Part shown: positions 58,645 through 64,000 of the stretch, piece by piece
How the letters are laid out: each line of letters begins with the position of its first letter
How positions within the stretch are numbered: position 1 is the stretch's first letter
DNA from: an uncultured virus (IMG/VR IMGVR_UViG_3300018494_000116)
Lineage: Duplodnaviria; Heunggongvirae; Uroviricota; Caudoviricetes
Virus record (IMG/VR): IMGVR_UViG_3300018494_000116
Span: 1 to 64,000 of that record
Length of the DNA: 64,000 bases
Reading direction: 5' to 3' (one strand)
Translations under genes and position numbers: made by a program
The notes under the pieces: generated by a model
Databases searched by the model: none
Seen by the model: the letters and a program-made list of their open reading frames with translations, nothing else
Told to the model about the DNA's origin: nothing

Positions 58645-58830
58645 TTATTCAGGGTCAACAATCACGCCATAAAATACGAACAAACTCTTTACTCCGTCAT
58701 TTTTTAGAAGTTTCTTTTGTTAACCTTGATTAAGAGAATCATAAACGATCTGTAATGCTTCCCTAGTTTCGGTCTTTGTGGCCGCAACCGCTGTTTTAAG
58801 TTCTGTTCTGGTTATATCTTTACCCCACAT
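58645..58830 (-). pseudogene. small fibre-associated gene with premature stop
   Basis: ...REALQIVYDSLNQG*QKKLLKNDGVKSLF..YGV; in-frame TAA at 58720-58722. Confidence 0.6.
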
Positions 58831-59053
58831 CTCCAAGGGCGGTCTGATAATCTGCTTCGGCAGCTTCGTCTTCGGTGCCACCTACGGGAATATCAGTTTC
58901 CTCGTAAGCAAACTGCGCATCCTCGACATCAACCGCTTCATCATAGATTTCGTCTGTGCCAACCTTTCGGATTTGCACGCCCTTGTCGGAAAATCTCTTG
59001 ATGAGTCTTACCGTTCCGTCTTTTTTTGATTTATATGGAATTTCTATAATCAT
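58820..59053 (-). CDS. small tail-fibre-associated protein
   Basis: SDKGVQIRKVGTDEIYDEAVD...YEETD motif typical of fibre-accessory proteins; GGAGG RBS. Confidence 0.6.
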   Translation of the reverse strand: MIIEIPYKSKKDGTVRLIKRFSDKGVQIRKVGTDEIYDEAVDVEDAQFAYEETDIPVGGTEDEAAEADYQTALGDVG

Positions 59054-59068
59054 ATTACCCTCCGCAAA

Positions 59069-59533
59069 TTATTGATATATTTCAATTTCATATTCGCAAG
59101 TAGTATCCCAACTGGTTGCACTATTAAAACGATACGCAGTAATAAAACTTTCGGTCATTCTAAACTGTCCGTTGTTTGGAGTTCCTTCAATACCCACCAT
59201 AGCATAGGTAACATTACCACTTGTATAATATGCTTTAACCGCACCAAGCTTTACATCCCAATCCAAACAGCATTCGTGAATTTTTCTCGATGATGTTATT
59301 GTTGGTGATATAGCCTTTATGGACACTTTTTTTGCAATTCCGCCTAAAGGATTTTCAATTATAAAAGATATTGACGAGTCTGTTGTTGCGGTAAACTTGG
59401 CGTAATTGTTCGCTCCACCTGTTTCAATACTTGCAATCTCGCTCGGCATCTCGTCAAGTGTCATTTTGGCGGTCTTGCCCGTCTTTGCTCTTATTGCGCT
59501 TCCGATTGCATCAAGTTTTTCAATAAGTGCCAT
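59069..59533 (-). CDS. tail-fibre-associated protein
   Basis: LIEKLDAIGSAIRAKTGKTAKMTLDEMPSEI N-terminal module plus beta-rich C-terminal domain. Confidence 0.6.
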   Translation of the reverse strand: MALIEKLDAIGSAIRAKTGKTAKMTLDEMPSEIASIETGGANNYAKFTATTDSSISFIIENPLGGIAKKVSIKAISPTITSSRKIHECCLDWDVKLGAVKAYYTSGNVTYAMVGIEGTPNNGQFRMTESFITAYRFNSATSWDTTCEYEIEIYQ

Positions 59534-60348
59534 TTTCAATTACCCCCAATGCTTTGTTGATAAGAGTAGACACATCTTCTTCGGTCAATATATCCTCTGT
59601 TCTTGCGATACTGTCGGGGATATACTTTTCGTCGAGAGTCTTGATGGTTCCTACTAAGCCAGTAAGACAGGAAAGGCTAATTGGGTAGCTATCTACTTCA
59701 CTATCTACATCGGTGACATATTGGAACCAAGTACCTGCCGACATTGGTGGCTCTCCAAAAAGCGGGGCGTCGCTGTTTAATGTCACAACCATTCCGCCAC
59801 TTATTTCGTGATCTGCCAACACTATAATGACTGTAAGGTCGCCTAAAGTCTGGCTTTCGATAACTGCATTTGCATCGTATGTACTGCCGTTATTCCAAAA
59901 AGTAATGGTTGCTTGTGCCAAATCTTCCTCTGTCAAGAAACGATCAGACATCTTAACAAAGCAATAACCATCCCCATAATCAATATATTCACGACCAGTC
60001 AAATCACCATCAAAAGTGAGAACACCTTCGGTAACTTCCTCACCAAACGGCTTATCAGTAAGGTCGTTCCAAGAAGTTGCGCTACCACTATTAATTTCTG
60101 GCTTATTTCTTATATAATCGGGCTGACTGGGATCTGTTTGTTCCCAGTCGGGTTGAACATTAATTTCTGGCAAATCATTAACATTTGTCTTGCCATCTCC
60201 CATTCTTAATCTGGGATATTTATATTTTTCATCGGGTTTTCTTACTACCAACTCTCTATCAAGTGGCACAAACCCTGTTGCTTTTTTAAATTTTCTTCTA
60301 TGTCTCCCTTAATTTGGACACGAATTTGTTCAAAAGTTTTTGTTTCAT
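59520..60348 (-). pseudogene. tail fibre/spike-type protein with frameshifted 5' end
   Basis: MGDGKTNVNDLP, QPDWEQTD...DYIRNKP, WNDLTDKPF fibre motifs; RBS-linked ATG at 60348 needs two single-base additions to join the ORF. Confidence 0.6.
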
Positions 60349-60387
60349 TGGTTTCTCCGACAAATTGTCATTTCAAATTTTTTAGAG

Positions 60388-60416
60388 AAAGGCAAGTCAT
60401 CATTTCGGACTTGCCT
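60388..60416 (-). terminator. intrinsic terminator
   Basis: AGGCAAGTC/GACTTGCCT stem plus TTTCT. Confidence 0.7.
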
Positions 60417-60426
60417 ATTATAATTA

Positions 60427-61368
60427 TTAGTTATAATCTTTTGCTACTGCGTATTCAAAAAAGCCACCCAGCCCGTTAATTATATCTGATAGTGAATACA
60501 ATTTATTATCATGATAGTTGTAGAATAATAAATCTCCGTTGCCATTTATTGCAAAAGCAGTTCTTCTGTTATATTCATTTATGCCATTACCCACTTCAAA
60601 CAAATAGTCACCGCCAACTCCATCATTATATCTACCGAATGCTGCCGTACAGTCTTCTATAAGTTGTAATCCTATACCATGTGCAAATGATCCTTTACCT
60701 GAGACTTTGGTATCAAGACCACCTGCGTATACATACCAGTTATTAGCTATGCAATTCTTGCCACCTGCTTCTGAAGCATATCCCCAAGCTTTAGTTCCGA
60801 TACCATGTGTAAACGATCCTCTACCATAGGCGCCAGTTTTTTCACCTGCGGCCAAGGCTGAGGAATACTCCGCATTATAATCCAGCTTCTTACTTAAAGA
60901 CTCGTTATCATTCTTGCCTTGAGTTAGTCTCCAATTAGCATAATTATTCGTTGCACTGTCATATTCAGCCTGAGTAAGACCAACCTGACATGCAGCACCT
61001 ATAGCAAAACCAGCTCTCATAAATGCTTTGGTTTCTTTGCCAAAAGCTGCCGACCAATCTCCATTAACAATTACGCCTCCACCTGCAGCAAAAGATTGTT
61101 TTCCCTTTGCTTCAGTTTGAGGTTCGTCAGCAACGGCTTCGCCAGCCTTGTCAAAACGTTGACCACCAAATGCAACTGCACCCTCTCCAGAAGCAATGGC
61201 GCCTAAGGTTGTTGTACCATTTGACATCGTAAAGCCCATCTGCTGAATAGAGCCTGCAGCTTTTCCAACTTCAAGACCTATTTGACACTCTATGATGCCC
61301 TCTTCCATTTTGATTAAGTGTTCTGCTTTTAACACTTGTCCACCTATAAAATTTTGTTTTGTATACAT
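60427..61368 (-). CDS. YadA-head-like beta-roll adhesin/receptor-binding protein
   Basis: MYTKQNF..GQVLKAEHL..MEEGI anchor; ~14-aa Gly/Ala repeats (ASGEGAVAFG, SFAAGGG, SFTHGIGT, SFAHGIGL); LFEVGNG..EYNRRTAF. Confidence 0.7.
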   Translation of the reverse strand: MYTKQNFIGGQVLKAEHLIKMEEGIIECQIGLEVGKAAGSIQQMGFTMSNGTTTLGAIASGEGAVAFGGQRFDKAGEAVADEPQTEAKGKQSFAAGGGVIVNGDWSAAFGKETKAFMRAGFAIGAACQVGLTQAEYDSATNNYANWRLTQGKNDNESLSKKLDYNAEYSSALAAGEKTGAYGRGSFTHGIGTKAWGYASEAGGKNCIANNWYVYAGGLDTKVSGKGSFAHGIGLQLIEDCTAAFGRYNDGVGGDYLFEVGNGINEYNRRTAFAINGNGDLLFYNYHDNKLYSLSDIINGLGGFFEYAVAKDYN

Positions 61369-61381
61369 TGTCAACCTCCAA

Positions 61382-61618
61382 TTATACAATTGTATTGTTT
61401 AATTCTGTTTCATTTATATTTACTGTGCCGCAATCTAAAATAATCTCAGTATCCTGTTCAATATTTAAATCTTCCATCAATCCAGACTTTGCTACTTTTG
61501 CAAGTTCTTGCATTTTAAGTTCAATTAATTTATTAATACTTGCAATAGAAACAGCAGAACCATCGGAACATAAACGCACAGGTGATTTTTGTCTTGATGC
61601 AACTTTAAGCTTTATCAT
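61382..61618 (-). CDS. small fibre-associated protein
   Basis: LAKVAKSGLMEDL and IILDCG motifs. Confidence 0.55.
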   Translation of the reverse strand: MIKLKVASRQKSPVRLCSDGSAVSIASINKLIELKMQELAKVAKSGLMEDLNIEQDTEIILDCGTVNINETELNNTIV

Positions 61619-61952
61619 TATGCATCACCTCTTTGTTTAAACAGGAGCGTATATACCAATAATCTATTTCAGTTGAGTCAATTGTACCATCTATAAATTC
61701 CATTCTTGCTTGAACTGGAATTTGATTTGTCCAATTTTGTGTTTCTTGCTGTGTCAACCATACGGAAAACACATTGTTTGCCGCATTAAACTCAATCTTT
61801 GGATCTTGCGGCCAATATTTAATTACTTGATGTTTACCTTTTACATCAAATGTAAATTCTACACAGACAAAGTTAGACGCATCCAAAATTGTATCTTCTT
61901 CGTCATAAAAGCAAAAATCTACATATCCTTCGGTGTTTTGTCCAAGTATCAT
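61605..61952 (-). CDS. BppU-N-like baseplate adaptor
   Basis: VWLTQQET...VQARM motif; GAGGTG RBS. Confidence 0.55.
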   Translation of the reverse strand: MILGQNTEGYVDFCFYDEEDTILDASNFVCVEFTFDVKGKHQVIKYWPQDPKIEFNAANNVFSVWLTQQETQNWTNQIPVQARMEFIDGTIDSTEIDYWYIRSCLNKEVMHNDKA

Positions 61953-61992
61953 ATTGACACCTCTTCATTATTGTTTTCTTCTTCTCTATTTT

Positions 61993-62021
61993 ATTATATC
62001 ACAGTTTCTATATTTTGTCAA
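61993..62021 (-). promoter_or_regulatory. sigma-A-type promoter of the adhesin cassette
   Basis: TTGACA, 17 nt, TATAAT, extended TG. Confidence 0.85.
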
Positions 62022-62025
62022 ATTT

Positions 62026-62049
62026 AAAAGGGCGGTCTCAAACCGCCCT
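62026..62049 (-). terminator. intrinsic terminator
   Basis: AGGGCGGT/ACCGCCCT stem plus T tract. Confidence 0.75.
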
Positions 62050-62052
62050 ATC

Positions 62053-62517
62053 TTATAACCACGACCAGTAATTTGCTGCAGCTTTATTTCCCAATTCTGT
62101 TGCTTGTCCTTCAAACCAAATGGAGTCATAAGGCGGTAATACTTTTCGTGTTTTTGGATAAAACCGCTTCATATAAATTATTCTCCACCAGTAGCGTATA
62201 ATACTAGGTATCCAAATTACAAATATATACAAAGGGCCCCACCACATATTTTGTATGCCATGTCCATATTCATGCGCGCAAATACTTTCATTAAGTCGGC
62301 CTCGCATAAAAAACATACCAAGCTCTAATCCACCAAAATTCCATGGTATGACAATACAAATAGAATTACGATATTTATAAAAAGTGCAACAATGTCTATG
62401 TTTAAAGATCCAATAAACGCTATCAACTACTAAGACACATAAACATACAAGAGCCCCGATAATATTTAATGCTATGCCCCAAGTCCATTGTATGACATAA
62501 TACATCCACTTTTTCAT
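62053..62517 (-). CDS. membrane protein with HExxH metallopeptidase-like motif
   Basis: TM segments, AHEYGH, WFEGQA. Confidence 0.65.
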   Translation of the reverse strand: MKKWMYYVIQWTWGIALNIIGALVCLCVLVVDSVYWIFKHRHCCTFYKYRNSICIVIPWNFGGLELGMFFMRGRLNESICAHEYGHGIQNMWWGPLYIFVIWIPSIIRYWWRIIYMKRFYPKTRKVLPPYDSIWFEGQATELGNKAAANYWSWL

Positions 62518-62520
62518 ATC

Positions 62521-63012
62521 TTATTCTCCTGTTGAGCCAAAACCACCATTGCGAATCTGATTACTTGCTTCGCCACAACGATAATAAGGTAAAACAATTC
62601 CTTGCACAAAACGATCTCCGTCGCCCAAAAAGAACTCTTTTTCAGCGGATACAGAAGCCATAATATGACCTTCGTTGTTAGACAAACAATAGTCTGCATC
62701 AATGATACCAATTGTATTGCGCAGTCTTAATCCAAACTTTACGCCAAGCCCACTACGAGGAGCAATAATAAGTACCTTGTCTAGATCTCCTTCTTCTGTT
62801 ACCCATCTTATACCTGTTGGTATCAATATTGGTGTAGAAGACACATATATCGGAATTGGACAATAAAAATCATGTCCAGCCGCATATTGAGAGCTTGCTT
62901 TAGGAAGTTGTATATTATTATAAAAATTTATAATTTCTTTTTCTGTAAAAGTATCAGTGTTGTTATCAAACCATTCTTTCCAATTGTCATAACTAATTTT
63001 TTCAAAATGCAT
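62521..63012 (-). CDS. dut: trimeric dUTPase
   Basis: AAGHDF, PRSGLG, GIIDADY, RNGGFGSTG. Confidence 0.95.
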   Translation of the reverse strand: MHFEKISYDNWKEWFDNNTDTFTEKEIINFYNNIQLPKASSQYAAGHDFYCPIPIYVSSTPILIPTGIRWVTEEGDLDKVLIIAPRSGLGVKFGLRLRNTIGIIDADYCLSNNEGHIMASVSAEKEFFLGDGDRFVQGIVLPYYRCGEASNQIRNGGFGSTGE

Positions 63013-63565
63013 GAATGTTTTCCCTTTCTTTTATTAAAATTGTTTTTAACTGTTCAAATGCTATTTCAAAATGTGTATTGTGTACACAATAATCATAAGA
63101 GCGCCAGTGTTCATATTCTGAAAATTGCACATCTTCTGCTTCGCATTTGTTTATAAATTGTTTTATAGTATTGGGATCGCGTAATAAGGCTCTCTTCTCT
63201 CTGTCTAAAGTGGGCGCGCTAATATAAATAGTTACGAAGCGTACCTCATCCTTCATATTCTTTTTTAAATTTTCAAAACCAAGAGGGTCGATTATATATA
63301 TATCTTTATTTTTTATCTCATCTTTTGTTGTCCAATAATAGTTTGCGCCTATTTGGGTTTGTGCTGCAATACTCATAGTATTTTCAGCCGCAATCAATTC
63401 ATCCATAGCAGAGAAGTAATAATTTATACCTTCTTTTTCTCCATAGCGAGGTTGTCTAGTTGTATGACTAACAACTTTTTGTAACCCCAATTGTTCACAA
63501 ACTGCATTAGTCAGCGTATCTTTTCCCGTGGCACTTCTGCCTATTATACAAAATAATGTATTCAT
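63002..63565 (-). CDS. gmk: guanylate kinase
   Basis: GRSATGKDT, VSHTTRQPRYGEKEGINYYF. Confidence 0.9.
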   Translation of the reverse strand: MNTLFCIIGRSATGKDTLTNAVCEQLGLQKVVSHTTRQPRYGEKEGINYYFSAMDELIAAENTMSIAAQTQIGANYYWTTKDEIKNKDIYIIDPLGFENLKKNMKDEVRFVTIYISAPTLDREKRALLRDPNTIKQFINKCEAEDVQFSEYEHWRSYDYCVHNTHFEIAFEQLKTILIKERENIHAF

Positions 63566-63580
63566 TATCCACCTAAAAGT

Positions 63581-63602
63581 AAAGCGCCCATTTATAGGGC
63601 GC
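63581..63602 (-). terminator. intrinsic terminator
   Basis: GCGCCC/GGGCGC stem plus T tract. Confidence 0.6.
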
Positions 63603-63606
63603 CGTA

Positions 63607-63999
63607 TTAATCTTCGACATTATCAAAGCCGATAACACCATTTCTTCTACATTCTTCTTCGTACGAGCGCACATAATCCATACAATCTTCTATATAAGAG
63701 TTGCCGCCTTTTGAGGTATATTTGTCATATGCATGATGAATATGTTCCAAATAATCTGAACTAGCTATATAGCCATTTTGTAACTTATTCACACAATTTA
63801 TAATATCTGTACGAAGTCTATCCATCTCATTCTCATCAACTTGTTTATTCAATAGCTCAAGCTTTTTGAGAATATTGTCAAGAATAGCGTTCTTTTCATC
63901 TTGCTCTTTTTTTGCTTCTTTTTCTGCTTTGGTACGTTTAACATCATAATATTTTACAATACCCCAAACTGTACCAATAAGAGTTGCAGTAGCACCAAC
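63607..63999 (-). CDS. holin-like membrane protein (5' end outside window)
   Basis: Frame open to the window edge; TM helix, coiled coil, YDKY..KGGNSYI motif. Confidence 0.6.
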   Translation of the reverse strand, partial: VGATATLIGTVWGIVKYYDVKRTKAEKEAKKEQDEKNAILDNILKKLELLNKQVDENEMDRLRTDIINCVNKLQNGYIASSDYLEHIHHAYDKYTSKGGNSYIEDCMDYVRSYEEECRRNGVIGFDNVED

Positions 64000-64000
64000 T

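Overview
This window is a 64-kb segment of a large, AT-rich tailed dsDNA phage genome (siphovirus-like; the host is probably an anaerobic Firmicute, inferred from near-consensus sigma-A promoters, class III RNR and Firmicutes-type modules). A repeat-rich divergent control region (1-1177) precedes a + strand virion module (1178-27315): terminase, portal, prohead protein, capsid, neck, tandem tail-tube paralogs, a 1919-aa tape measure and baseplate proteins. The converging - strand arm (27353-64000) carries a near-complete replication toolkit: RuvC, two DEDDh exonucleases, DnaE, RecJ, primase, DnaB, AAA ATPase, SSB-like protein, MTase, two-subunit type II topoisomerase, ATP-dependent ligase, UvrD-like helicase and RNase H. 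It also carries ClpP, GNAT, NrdH-NrdD-NrdG plus a mini ferredoxin:thioredoxin reductase, dUTPase, guanylate kinase, holin-like genes and a displaced, partly decaying adhesin/fibre cassette. The main highlights are an apparently self-contained ferredoxin->FTR->NrdH->redoxin-type NrdD relay, three tail-tube paralogs (one LRR-decorated, one in the opposite arm) and a cysteine-motif-less radical-SAM-family protein between DnaE and its exonuclease. I recognised no tRNA, CRISPR array, integrase, reverse transcriptase, endolysin or phage RNA polymerase. All calls come from motif reading, not database searches.
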